From: Deltaproteobacteria bacterium
GTDB lineage: Bacteria > Myxococcota_A > Polyangia > Nannocystales > Nannocystaceae
Assembly (NCBI GenBank): GCA_016709225.1
Contig: JADJEE010000012.1
Location: forward strand, 1,987,630 to 2,051,629
Length of the DNA: 64,000 nt
Direction of reading: 5' to 3'
The notes under the pieces are model-generated. The model ran no database searches and had not been told where the DNA came from. It saw only the letters and a program-made list of their open reading frames with translations. The translations under genes and the position numbers were made by a program. Shown one piece after another: positions 1-9,127 of the stretch. How positions within the stretch are numbered: position 1 is the first letter of the stretch; each line of letters opens with the position of its first letter.

Positions 1-1260
1 GCCCTGGTGGCCGAACGCGCCGTGGGTGCCCCACAGCACGCCCTCGTTGATGATGCCGCCGTCGGCGACATCGAGCGTGGCTTGATCCTGGAAGGTCGCG
101 CCGGGGCCGGTGACGTTGGTGAAGTACGAGTTGTACACCGCCATCGTCGCGCCCTGCTTGATGTTGTAGCCGATGCTCTTCATCGCATTGCCGCCCTCGC
201 CCTGACCGACGAAGGTGAGGTTCGCGATGGTCGGGCTGGTGAGCGGCTCGGCGGTGAAGTTGTCGGGGCCGTTCGACCACTCGAGGCCGTGGTTGCCATC
301 GGGCTCGCCCGGATCCTGGTGGACCACGACGTACTGGAACGAACCCGTGAAGCCCAGGTCGACGTCGAGGGCGTCGTCGGCCATGCCCGAGAGGATCAGG
401 TAGGTGGCATCGAACGCGCCGCCGAAGAATTCCATCGCGTCGTCCGAGCCCATGTGGCTCTGCACGTGGTCGACGGTGGTGTCGGTGCCGCAGGTGTAGA
501 ACGTGATGCCGTTCAACTCGTTGTCCATGACGAGCTCGAAGCCGGCCCACTCGACGCGGACGTACTGCAGCGTGCCGCAGTCATGCGCAGCGTCGCTGCC
601 ACCGTAGGTCGGCGGGTCGGCGAAGCCCTCGGCATCACCGACGCCGTTGGGCAGGTTGGTGACCGCCGTGCCGAGCAGCACGAGGCCGCCCCAGTCGGCG
701 CGCTGACGCTCGCCCTTGGCCTGCGCCGAGGTCAGCACGATCGGCGCGTCGGCGGTGCCGGCGGCGTTGATCTGCGCATCGACGTCGATGACGAGCGCGC
801 TGCCGTTGGCGCCGACCACGGTGGTGCCGGGCTCGAGCGTCAGGGTCGCGCCGCGCACGAAGGTCGCGGTCGTGAGCACCCAGACGGTGTCGCAGGTCAG
901 CGTGGTGTCGGCGGTGACCTCGGCGGCGACCTCCATGCGGGGCGCGTTCGGGTCGTCACCGTCGACGCAGCCCGGCGGGGGGCCGGTGTCGGTGTCGGTG
1001 TCGGTCGTGTCGACGCTGGTCGTCGTCATCGTCGCGGAGGCCGAGTCGGTCGCCGAGGCCGAAGCCGAATCGGTCGCCGAAGCGGACGCGCTGGCCGACG
1101 CCGAGGCCGAGGCGGAGGCCGAGTCGGTCGCCGAGGCCGAGCCGTCGGTGGTGTCGGCGCCGGTGTCGTCGGCATTGGTCTCGTTGTCGGTGTCCGACGG
1201 GCAGCCAGCCAGCCCCAGGGGGAGGGCGATGGCGACGCAGATCTTGCTGAGGCGCTGCAT
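1..1260 (-). CDS. Secreted lipoprotein, partial (N-terminus inside the window, C-terminus runs off the 5' edge). Has a signal peptide with a PLGLAGC lipobox, then a Ser/Ala/Thr/Asp-rich low-complexity linker, then a conserved domain I cannot place in a family.
   Basis: Reverse-complement translation from ATG (rc 1258-1260) gives MQRLSKICVAIALPLGLAGC... followed by the linker and a well-formed domain (…GVLWGTHGAFGHQG). Third-position GC is high in this frame, and the gene lies downstream of the TonB-dependent receptor in the same orientation. The ORF track lists only antisense artefacts here (7..1317, 716..1720). Confidence 0.6.
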   Translation of the reverse strand, partial: MQRLSKICVAIALPLGLAGCPSDTDNETNADDTGADTTDGSASATDSASASASASASASASATDSASASATDSASATMTTTSVDTTDTDTDTGPPPGCVDGDDPNAPRMEVAAEVTADTTLTCDTVWVLTTATFVRGATLTLEPGTTVVGANGSALVIDVDAQINAAGTADAPIVLTSAQAKGERQRADWGGLVLLGTAVTNLPNGVGDAEGFADPPTYGGSDAAHDCGTLQYVRVEWAGFELVMDNELNGITFYTCGTDTTVDHVQSHMGSDDAMEFFGGAFDATYLILSGMADDALDVDLGFTGSFQYVVVHQDPGEPDGNHGLEWSNGPDNFTAEPLTSPTIANLTFVGQGEGGNAMKSIGYNIKQGATMAVYNSYFTNVTGPGATFQDQATLDVADGGIINEGVLWGTHGAFGHQG

Positions 1261-1393
1261 GGAAAAGCTCCTGCGGGTGAAGAAGTGGTCCCGCTTCTCG
1301 GCCAGCGTTATGGCTGACCGAAGTGACCGTTCGAGTGCACGCAAGCGAACTCTCTGTCACGAAGCGGCCGAGCGATCGTCACGCCGCGGGGCG

Positions 1394-4300
1394 CTACAGC
1401 TCATACGAGATGCCGAACATGATCGTGGCACCCGGATACATGCGGTAGTTCAGCGCCTTCTGCGGCCCCTGTCGCCACACGATCGGCCAGTTGAGCATGT
1501 TGCCGACCTGCAGCAGGCCGGCGAGGTTCTTGTAGATGCGCTGCTTGCCGACGAAGTCGAGCTGGTGGATCGCCTGCTGGTAGATGTCGGGCAGCTTGTT
1601 GCCGCCGACGAACGCGAGGTTGCGGCCGACCATGTTGTAGAGCAGACGCAGGCTGGTGCCGCTGCTCTTGTGCTCCCAGTCGAGGTAGGCGTTCGCCACG
1701 AACGGCGACTGCCCCTGTAGCGGCCGCACGCGCGAGGTCGAGACGTCCTTGGCGGCCTCGGGATCGCACAGCGGATCTTCGATCGCGCAGTTGTCGTTCA
1801 AACGTACGCGGGAGAACACGTACGCGAAGTTGGCGCCGACCGAGACCTCGCGCAGCTGCTTGGTGATGAACTCGAGGTTCTTGCGCAGCTCGAGCTCGGC
1901 GCCGACGTTGTAGGCATAGCGCGCGTTGCGGAACGAGACGTTGGGGTTGCTGGCGCCGGCCGACATCGTCCGCTCGATCGGATCGATGAAGTACTTGCCG
2001 AACAGCGACACCGCGACGACCTCTTCGGCGCTCGGGAACCACTCCCAGCGCAGATCGCCGTTCCAGATCTGCGCCGACTTCAGGCTCGGGTTGCCCAGCA
2101 CCGTGATGCCGCCGGCGAAGTCCGAGAACAGAAATGGCGCCAGCTCGCGGAACTCGGGTCGCGCGACCGTCTGCGTGGCGCCGATGCGCACGTTCATCTT
2201 GTCGGTCGCCGGGAAGATGAACGACAGCGAGGGCAGCACGCTGTTGTTCTTGATCTTCGACGAGCGCATTGCGTCGGTCTGGCCGGTGAACTGATCGAAC
2301 GGCTCGACCTTCTGACGGTTGGCCTCGAAGCGCACGCCGCCGGCGATGCGGAACCACCGCACGATCGGGAGGTCCAGCATGCCGTAGGTGGCGTAGATCT
2401 GCTGCTCCGCACGGTAGCTGTCGTAGGGCTGCGTGGTCTCGGAGAGGTAAAACGGCTGCTGGCCACCGGCCGCAGGGCTCAGGCCGCCGCCGATGTACTT
2501 GTTGATGAGCAGGTTGCCGGTGCCGAGCGGCGCATCGATGCCGTTGACGGTCTGGAAGGTGAAGCGGCGCACCGTGAAGGTGCGATCCTTGCCCTCGGCC
2601 CACACGCCGATCTTGGCCTTGCCATCGAGCTGTCGCCACTGCTTGAACGGCAGCGTGAAGTCGACCGCGCCGCTACCGGTGTGGTCCTTCAGGTTCAAGA
2701 ACATCACGCTGGCGCCCGACCCCGACAGCCGCCAGTCGCCGGCGCCGGGATCGGGCTGGTAGACCATGTCGCGGATGCTGGGATCGTCGCGCTGCGCCTG
2801 GGCGTAGGAGCCGAACCAGTCGATTGCGAGATCCTTCGCCTTGGGGATCACGTGGTGACCACCCAGGCGCGTCAGCAAGATCGAACGCATGACGTAGCGG
2901 ATGCGCGTGGTCAGCAGGTCGCCGTTCTCGGCCGGGCCGGTCAGCGAGCGGGCCTCGTTGTCGGCATCGCGCGAGTAGAACGCCAGCGCGCTGAGCTTGT
3001 TGTGCTCGTCGACGTCGTACTTGACCATCGCGACGGTCGACCACTGCGCGTTGGCGACGGTGCGGATGCCGCGGAAGTCGATGCGCGGCGCGGTGAGATC
3101 GTAGTTGCCCGAGCCGGTCGGCTCCTCGACCACCGAGTACCACTTCCAGTTCTCCCGCAGCGTGCGACGCTGGTTGCGATAGCCGGCCGACACCAGGAAG
3201 CCGAGCTTGCTGGTGTTGGTGGGCTTGAAGCCGTAGCCGACCGTCGCTTGGCCGTTCAGATCCGGCAGCGCGACGCGACCGCGACGCACGCGGGTGTCGG
3301 TGTAGAGCGACTCGCCGAAGCGCTCGATCTGCTTCGCGGTCCACACCGGCTTGAGGTCGTCGCCGAGCGCGTTGCGGTTGGCGGGATGATCGTTGGGAAT
3401 CGCGTCGGGCAGCCGGCGCGGCAGGTTGCCGAAGCCGAACGCATCGGGCCCTGGAAATCCGCCCTCGAACGTGCGGTCGCGGAACGTGGTCTGGGTGTTG
3501 CCGCCGGTGCGCAGGTTGAGCTCGAACAGTAGCTTGCGCGGGATCTCGCGGCTCTCGAGCTGCACCGAGCCGCCGGCGAAGTCGCCGGGCCGATCGGGCG
3601 TGAAGGTCTTCTGCACGTTGATGGCCGACAGCGCACCCGAGGGCACGATGTCGAGTGGCACGGTGCGGATGTCGGGCTCGGGCGAGGGTAGGCGCGCGCC
3701 GTCGAAGAGCGTGTTGCCGTAGCGGTGGCCGAGGCCGCGCACGAACAGGTACTTGCCGTCGAGCACGGTCGCACCGACGATGCGCACCGCCACCGACGCG
3801 GTCGAGCCACCGCCCGACTTCGAGATGCTCTCGCGGCTGAGGATGTCGCGCGTTGCCGCCGACTCGCGCCGCTGCTGCAGCCGCGCGCCCTCGCTCTCCT
3901 TGTTCATCTCGGCCTTGACCGCGACGACCATGTTCGCGCCCGCCAGCTGGGTGAGCTCGCTGTTGATGGTCTCGTCGCTGCCCTTGCTGACGACCACGCC
4001 CGAGATGCGGCGCGGCTCGTTGGCGTCGCTGCGGATGCGCAGGTCGTAGGTGCCCGGCGGGAGCTCGAGCACGTAGTTGCCCTCGAGATCGCTCTTGGTC
4101 TTGTACTGGGTGCCGAGCGCCTCGACGTAGGCGCCGATGAGTGGCGCGCCGGTGGTCGCGTCCTTGAGCTTGCCGCGGATCGTGCCCGCGTCGCCCTTGA
4201 CCTCGACGGTCTTGACCTCGAGCTCCTTCGCGAGCGCTTCCTTGTCCTCGGTGAGATCGACGACCTCGAAGCCACCGTCCCAGCTCTCCTCCTCGGCGGG

Positions 4301-4615
4301 CGCGACCGGGCCGGTGGGCTTGGCGGGTGTCGGCGGCGTCTCGGCCGGCGGCGGCGTCTCGGCCGGCGGCGGCGTCTCGGCCGGCGGCGGCGTCTCGGCC
4401 GGCGGCGGCGTCTCGGCCGGCGGCGTCGTCGGGGCCGCGCCCGGTGGCGTCGACGGTGGTGTCGACGGCGGCGGCGTGGCGCTCGGTGGCGTCGGCGTCA
4501 CCGCGCCCGGCCCCTGGTAGTCACGCGACGCCGGCGGCGCGGCGCGTGCCACCTGCGGAGCTGCGGATAGACCCATCGCGAGCAGGACCCGTTGGACCCG
4601 GCGAGACATCGTCAT
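1394..4615 (-). CDS. TonB-dependent outer-membrane receptor of the Oar-like class. Signal peptide, a (PAETP)x5 Pro-rich linker, a carboxypeptidase-regulatory-like domain, then plug and barrel.
   Basis: A 1078-aa ORF. The CarboxypepD_reg-like segment reads IRGKLKDATTGAPLIGAYVEALGTQYKTKSDLEGNYVLELPPGTYDLRI, followed by plug and barrel-like sequence. The listed start is TTG; the internal ATG at 4615 (MTMSRRVQRVLLAMGLSAAPQVARA) gives a clean signal peptide. Confidence 0.85.
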   Translation of the reverse strand: MTMSRRVQRVLLAMGLSAAPQVARAAPPASRDYQGPGAVTPTPPSATPPPSTPPSTPPGAAPTTPPAETPPPAETPPPAETPPPAETPPPAETPPTPAKPTGPVAPAEEESWDGGFEVVDLTEDKEALAKELEVKTVEVKGDAGTIRGKLKDATTGAPLIGAYVEALGTQYKTKSDLEGNYVLELPPGTYDLRIRSDANEPRRISGVVVSKGSDETINSELTQLAGANMVVAVKAEMNKESEGARLQQRRESAATRDILSRESISKSGGGSTASVAVRIVGATVLDGKYLFVRGLGHRYGNTLFDGARLPSPEPDIRTVPLDIVPSGALSAINVQKTFTPDRPGDFAGGSVQLESREIPRKLLFELNLRTGGNTQTTFRDRTFEGGFPGPDAFGFGNLPRRLPDAIPNDHPANRNALGDDLKPVWTAKQIERFGESLYTDTRVRRGRVALPDLNGQATVGYGFKPTNTSKLGFLVSAGYRNQRRTLRENWKWYSVVEEPTGSGNYDLTAPRIDFRGIRTVANAQWSTVAMVKYDVDEHNKLSALAFYSRDADNEARSLTGPAENGDLLTTRIRYVMRSILLTRLGGHHVIPKAKDLAIDWFGSYAQAQRDDPSIRDMVYQPDPGAGDWRLSGSGASVMFLNLKDHTGSGAVDFTLPFKQWRQLDGKAKIGVWAEGKDRTFTVRRFTFQTVNGIDAPLGTGNLLINKYIGGGLSPAAGGQQPFYLSETTQPYDSYRAEQQIYATYGMLDLPIVRWFRIAGGVRFEANRQKVEPFDQFTGQTDAMRSSKIKNNSVLPSLSFIFPATDKMNVRIGATQTVARPEFRELAPFLFSDFAGGITVLGNPSLKSAQIWNGDLRWEWFPSAEEVVAVSLFGKYFIDPIERTMSAGASNPNVSFRNARYAYNVGAELELRKNLEFITKQLREVSVGANFAYVFSRVRLNDNCAIEDPLCDPEAAKDVSTSRVRPLQGQSPFVANAYLDWEHKSSGTSLRLLYNMVGRNLAFVGGNKLPDIYQQAIHQLDFVGKQRIYKNLAGLLQVGNMLNWPIVWRQGPQKALNYRMYPGATIMFGISYEL
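4327..4413 (-). repeat. In-frame tandem 15-bp repeat, 5-6 copies, encoding (PAETP)n in the N-terminal linker of the TonB-dependent receptor
   Basis: ggcggcgtctcggcc repeated on the plus strand. Translates to PAETPPPAETPPPAETPPPAETPPPAETPPT in the receptor frame. Confidence 0.8.
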
Positions 4616-4650
4616 GTTGGCCTTCTGCAAGCGCGAGTGGATCGCGATCG

Positions 4651-5079
4651 CTACTCGAGCTTCTTGGTGATCATCACCACCGGCGACGCAGCTCCACTGC
4701 GCGCCAGATCGACGGCACCGAGCACGGCGCCGTAGGGCGCCTCGTCGTCACCGTCGAGGTAGAGCACGTTGTCGGGGCGCGCATTGAACATGCGGCGCAG
4801 ACGCTCCGGCAGCTCCTCGCGCGCGAGCGCGACGGTGTTCACCTCGAGCGAGCCATCGGCGAGCACGCTCAGCACCAGCGGCTTGTCGGCGTCGTTGACC
4901 TGATCGAGCTGCTCGTCGGTGTCGTCCTTGGGCGGCAGCCGCACGTTGAACGCCTCGGTCATCACCGGCGCCAGCGTCATGAAGATGATGAGCAACACCA
5001 ACACCACGTCGACCAGTGGCGTGACGTTCATGTCGGGGCGGACCTTGGCCTTGAAGCCGGTGCCGATGCTCATGCCCAT
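4651..5079 (-). CDS. exbD: ExbD/TolR biopolymer transport protein
   Basis: Contains the ExbD motif NVTPLVDVVLVLLIIFM. A GGAGAG Shine-Dalgarno sits 8 nt upstream of the ATG at rc 5079. Confidence 0.85.
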   Translation of the reverse strand: MGMSIGTGFKAKVRPDMNVTPLVDVVLVLLIIFMTLAPVMTEAFNVRLPPKDDTDEQLDQVNDADKPLVLSVLADGSLEVNTVALAREELPERLRRMFNARPDNVLYLDGDDEAPYGAVLGAVDLARSGAASPVVMITKKLE

Positions 5080-5083
5080 GGTG

Positions 5084-5527
5084 CTAGCTCTCCTCCGACG
5101 ACCACTCGCGACCCACGCCGACCGCCAGCGAGACCCCGGCGAAGCCGATCTGCTGGGCCTCGTGGAAGTAGCCGCGCATCACTCGATACGGCAGCGTGGC
5201 GTCGCCGCGCAGCAACACGCGACGCCTTGGATTCTCCGACCAAGCCTGCCGCAGCGCGGCCATGCACTGGTCCTTGCTCATGTCGACCTTCTCGTAGGTG
5301 CAGACCTCGGCGCGATCGACCGTGAGCGTGATGGGCTCGTTCTCGGTGTCGACCTTGTCGGCCGCGGTCACCTTCAACAGCTCGATGGTCTTGCCATCCT
5401 GCATGTTGGGGATGACCACCATGAAGATGATGAGCAGCACCAACACCACGTCGACCAACGGCGTGACGTTGATGTTAGGGGCGATGCCGCGCTTGCGGCC
5501 GCCACCAGCGTCAAGCTGAACGCCCAC
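5084..5527 (-). CDS. exbD: ExbD/TolR biopolymer transport protein (second copy)
   Basis: NINVTPLVDVVLVLLIIFMVV motif. GTG start that overlaps the 3' end of exbB. Confidence 0.8.
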   Translation of the reverse strand: MGVQLDAGGGRKRGIAPNINVTPLVDVVLVLLIIFMVVIPNMQDGKTIELLKVTAADKVDTENEPITLTVDRAEVCTYEKVDMSKDQCMAALRQAWSENPRRRVLLRGDATLPYRVMRGYFHEAQQIGFAGVSLAVGVGREWSSEES

Positions 5528-6185
5528 CGGCGCCCTCCAAGTAGTCCACCAGCTCGCTGGCGGCGTGCTGCATGGTCATGTCGAACTTGTCGAAACGCGC
5601 GGTGAGGTAGTTGAAGACCAACACCGCACCGATGGCGACCACGAGGCCCACCGCGGTCACGATGAGCGCCTCGGCAATACCGGCCGAGACCGCACCGATG
5701 CCACCACCACCCGAGGCAGCGATGCCCTGGAAGGCGGTGATGATGCCGATGACGGTGCCGAACAGGCCGATGAACGGCGCAGTCGAGCCGGTCGACGCGA
5801 GGATGCCCATGCCACGGCGGGCCTCGGCGGCGAGCTGCTCGAGGCGTCGCGCGAGCTCGCGGCGCGACATCTCGACCGCATCCACGGCCTCGTCCTTGCG
5901 GTTGGCCTTGAAGCTCTCGAGGCCGAAGCGGATGAGCCGCGGCAGCGGTGCCTTGGCGTACTCGGCCCCGCGCGCCAGATCGAGCAACGTGTCGACGTCG
6001 CGATCCTCGAGCAGCGGCCGGGCCTTGGTGGCGAACGCCGACGACAGCGCGGTCGCGCGACGCAGCACCATGATGCGCTCGATGGCGACCACGAGGCTCG
6101 CGAAGCCCATCCCGACCAGCGAGATGGCGACGAGGCGGGCCATGAGGCCCATGGATTCCCAGATTTCGACGAGTGACAGCTCCAT
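5511..6185 (-). CDS. exbB: ExbB/TolQ/MotA-family proton channel
   Basis: Three TM segments and the characteristic GLFGTVIGIITAF…AEALIVTAVGLVVAIGAVLVFNYL sequence. ATG start. Confidence 0.9.
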   Translation of the reverse strand: MELSLVEIWESMGLMARLVAISLVGMGFASLVVAIERIMVLRRATALSSAFATKARPLLEDRDVDTLLDLARGAEYAKAPLPRLIRFGLESFKANRKDEAVDAVEMSRRELARRLEQLAAEARRGMGILASTGSTAPFIGLFGTVIGIITAFQGIAASGGGGIGAVSAGIAEALIVTAVGLVVAIGAVLVFNYLTARFDKFDMTMQHAASELVDYLEGAGGRSA

Positions 6186-6217
6186 GACGATGACTCCTGG
6201 CGGACCGAAGCGGGCGT

Positions 6218-7078
6218 CTAGCCGCCGGTGAGAGAGAACGGAATGGTCGCTTGCTGCCAGACCGAGATCGGCTCGCCAGCGATGGTGGAGGGCGTGAACT
6301 TCCAGCTCTTGACCGCATCGATCGCGGCCTTGAGGAACAGCTTCTCCGCGGCGTCCTTCTCTTCCTCGGTGGCCGCGGTGCTGCGCTTGCGCAGGACCTT
6401 GGCGCCGCGGACGGTGCCGTCGCGGTGGATGTGCAGCTTGAGCACGACCTCGCCGGTGATGCCCTGGTCGCGCAGCGACTCGGGATAGGCCGGCGACTTG
6501 TTGCCGGGATCGGGCTTGGCCGCGGTCGCGTTCTCGGGCCTGTCGATCGGCTTGGTCGGATCGATCGGCTCGGCCTCGGGCTTCTTCGGCTTGGGCGGCG
6601 CTTCGACCTTGGGCTTGGGCGGTGCTTCGAGCTTCGGCTTGGCCGGCTTGGGCGGTGCGGTACCGGTGCCGGTGCCACCGGGCGTGCCACCACCGGCGGG
6701 CGCGTCGTAGGTCTTGCCGACGTTGGTCTCGGGCGCGACGTCCTGCGGCTTGGCTGGCGGCGGCTTGAGCTTCGGCTTCGGCTTCGGCTTGCTGGTGACC
6801 TGCACCTTCGCCTCGGGCGGCGGCGGCGGAGGTGGCTCCTCCTCGACGACCGGTTCTTCTTCGACCGCGAAGTCCTTCAGCTCGGGCTCGAGCCCGACAT
6901 CGACGATCTCCTCGTCGTGGTCACGCGTGAGCCCGTAGGCCAACGCGCCCGCGTAGATGGCGATCGCCGTCAGCAGCGCGCCGCCACGGCGTCGCTGGAA
7001 GAACAGCTTCTCGCTGCTGGGATCGAATCCGCCGAGCATGCGCAGCGGGACTATGGCCGCGCCCGGTATCCGACGCAT
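6218..7078 (-). CDS. tonB: TonB energy transducer
   Basis: N-terminal TM segment, a Pro/Lys-rich spacer (PKPKPKLKPPPAKP…), and a C-terminal TonB domain (GEVVLKLHIHRDGTVRGAKVL…AIDAVKSWKFTP). Confidence 0.8.
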   Translation of the reverse strand: MRRIPGAAIVPLRMLGGFDPSSEKLFFQRRRGGALLTAIAIYAGALAYGLTRDHDEEIVDVGLEPELKDFAVEEEPVVEEEPPPPPPPEAKVQVTSKPKPKPKLKPPPAKPQDVAPETNVGKTYDAPAGGGTPGGTGTGTAPPKPAKPKLEAPPKPKVEAPPKPKKPEAEPIDPTKPIDRPENATAAKPDPGNKSPAYPESLRDQGITGEVVLKLHIHRDGTVRGAKVLRKRSTAATEEEKDAAEKLFLKAAIDAVKSWKFTPSTIAGEPISVWQQATIPFSLTGG

Positions 7079-7244
7079 GGCGGCGATGTTTCAGGTGTGT
7101 CACGAACGCAGAGTGTCGTGGTGCCGTGATGTGACGTAACTGCGGCCCGCGTCACACAGGCGTGGCCCACGCGCGCCGATCGACGCGGACGCCCGACAAT
7201 GGTTCGGTGGCGTCACCTGCCTGTGACGTGGGCACGCGACGGTC

Positions 7245-7952
7245 ATGATCCCGATGTCCACCACCATCCTCGTGGTCGATGACGAACAAGATCTCGTGGC
7301 GACGATGGAGCATGCTCTGCGTCGCGAGGGCTTCCGTACCGTCGCGGCTCACAACGGCCAGGATGCGCTCGCGCTGGCCTCCCGCGAGCCGCTGCCGGAT
7401 CTCGTGCTCTTGGATCTGATGTTGCCTGATCTCTCGGGCACCGAGGTCTGCCGCGCACTGCGGGCACGCGACGCCACCCGCAACCTGCCCATCGTCATGG
7501 TGACCGCGCGCGACGAAGAGATCGATCGCGTGGTCGGCTTCGAGGTGGGCGCCGACGACTACATCGCCAAGCCGTTCAGCCTGCGCGAGCTGGTGCTGCG
7601 CGTGCGCGCGATCCTCCGACGCGCACAGAACCCCGAGCCCGAGTCGAGCGAGACGTTGATCGAGCTCGGCCCGGTGCGCATCGACGCGCTGGGGCACCGC
7701 GTATGGATCGGCGGCGAAGAGATCCAGCTGACCGCGCTCGAGTTCAAGCTGCTGCACACGCTGGCCTCGCGACGTGGGCGCGTGCAGACCCGCGAGACCC
7801 TGCTGCACGATGTCTGGGGCCATCAGTCCGGCATTCCCACGCGCACGGTCGACACCCACGTGCAACGCCTGCGCAAGAAGATCGGTGAGGCGTCGGACTT
7901 CATCGAGACGCTGCGCGGGGTCGGCTATCGCTACCGCCCCAACGTCGAATAG
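7245..7952 (+). CDS. OmpR/PhoB-family two-component response regulator (receiver plus winged-helix domain)
   Basis: ILVVDDE…D54-like LLDLMLPD…receiver, then LTALEFKLLHTL…TVDTHVQRLRKKI winged-helix. ATG at 7245. No cognate histidine kinase is adjacent. Confidence 0.9.
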   Translation: MIPMSTTILVVDDEQDLVATMEHALRREGFRTVAAHNGQDALALASREPLPDLVLLDLMLPDLSGTEVCRALRARDATRNLPIVMVTARDEEIDRVVGFEVGADDYIAKPFSLRELVLRVRAILRRAQNPEPESSETLIELGPVRIDALGHRVWIGGEEIQLTALEFKLLHTLASRRGRVQTRETLLHDVWGHQSGIPTRTVDTHVQRLRKKIGEASDFIETLRGVGYRYRPNVE

Positions 7953-8020
7953 AGCCGGGCGCGGGCACGCCCACCACCACCCTCGAGCCCCCGCGACGGC
8001 GGTTGGAGGTCGACGGGGCG

Positions 8021-9049
8021 TCAACCCGCCGCGACGATCAACGCCTCGAGCTCGACCACGTCGAGCGCGTGCGCGTACACGCGAAGATCATCGAGCTCGC
8101 CGACGAAGAAGTCATCGAAGATGTTGCCGGTATCGTTGTCGGCGCCCAAGACCAGCGGCGCGTCCTGGTAGCCGATGCTGACCCCGTCGACGGTCGCGAC
8201 CGCCACGGCGTCGCGGTACAGCGTGGCGGTCGCGCCATCGACCACCAACGCGACGTGGAACCAGGGCTGGTTGGGGTCGAAGGCATGGTCCGCGCCGAGC
8301 GTGTACGGCGTGGTTCCATCCGACACGGCGGCGAACAGCTGCCCCGAGTAGAACTCGATCTCATAGCTCGCGAGGTTGCCATCGCCGACGAGTCGATTGA
8401 GGAAGACCCGGGTGCTCGTCGAGTTGGTCGTGTCGCGCACCCACAACGCGATCGTGAAGGCGCCCGCGAGATCGAGCGGGCCCGTGCCCGCGACCGTCAG
8501 GTAGCTCGAGCCGGTGAAGCTGGCGGCGTCACCGATGCGGCCGGGCACCTTGGCCGGGCACCCGGGGCCGTCGCACACCACGGGCAGCTCCAACGGCCCG
8601 ATGTCGGTGGCACCGGAGAGCGCCATGAAGTCATCGTCGAGCGGCAGGTGCAGCACGAGATCGGACTCGCCACCGCCACTGCTGCTGCTGTCTGCAGCCG
8701 CGCCCGTGCTCGAGTCGGTGGCACTCGTCTCGGGCTGGCACAGCCCGCCGTCGCACATCAGACCGGGCAGGCACTGGGCCTCGATGCACGGGCAGCCCTG
8801 CGTCGCCGACACGCAGTCGTCCGGGACGCACAACATGGTGGCGGGGTCGCAGACGAGCGAGTCGTTGCAGGTCGCGTTGGGGTAGCAATCACATCCGGCG
8901 TCACCGGCCGCGCACGCCTGCGACGTACTGCCGACGCCCGTCTCCGAACCATGGGACTCGCCCTGCGCCGCCGTACCGGCGCTCGACGACGGGTTGAAGC
9001 ACGCCGTCGCGAGCAACGAGCCGACGAGAGGCAGCCACTGCGCACGCAT
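8021..9049 (-). CDS. Secreted lipoprotein with a Cys-rich N-terminal region and a C-terminal LamG/concanavalin-A-like domain
   Basis: The listed start is TTG; the ATG at rc 9049 gives MRAQWLPLVGSLLATAC with a lipobox. The C-terminus reads …FTIALWVRDT…FHVALVVDG…LYRDAV…DDLRVYAHAL, typical of Laminin_G_3. Confidence 0.6.
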   Translation of the reverse strand: MRAQWLPLVGSLLATACFNPSSSAGTAAQGESHGSETGVGSTSQACAAGDAGCDCYPNATCNDSLVCDPATMLCVPDDCVSATQGCPCIEAQCLPGLMCDGGLCQPETSATDSSTGAAADSSSSGGGESDLVLHLPLDDDFMALSGATDIGPLELPVVCDGPGCPAKVPGRIGDAASFTGSSYLTVAGTGPLDLAGAFTIALWVRDTTNSTSTRVFLNRLVGDGNLASYEIEFYSGQLFAAVSDGTTPYTLGADHAFDPNQPWFHVALVVDGATATLYRDAVAVATVDGVSIGYQDAPLVLGADNDTGNIFDDFFVGELDDLRVYAHALDVVELEALIVAAG

Positions 9050-9127
9050 CGTCGGAGCGTAGCGCAACCGGGCCAGCGCATCACCTACCGCGGGGTCCCG
9101 CGGAATTCGCCGTTCACGCCGCGACCT

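Noticed and set aside
7-1720. Long plus-strand ORFs 7..1317 (436 aa) and 716..1720 (334 aa)
   Set aside because: Arg/Gly/Val/Ala-rich low-complexity translations, typical of the antisense or out-of-frame strand in 70% GC DNA. The minus strand encodes a coherent lipoprotein with a lipobox.
4327-4413. A 15-bp tandem repeat that might have been a short CRISPR-like or VNTR locus
   Set aside because: No spacers. The repeat is in frame inside the TonB-dependent receptor and encodes a PAETP Pro-rich linker.
7152-8024. A 290-aa minus-strand ORF overlapping the response regulator
   Set aside because: Antisense to a gene with unmistakable receiver and OmpR domains. The composition is artefactual.
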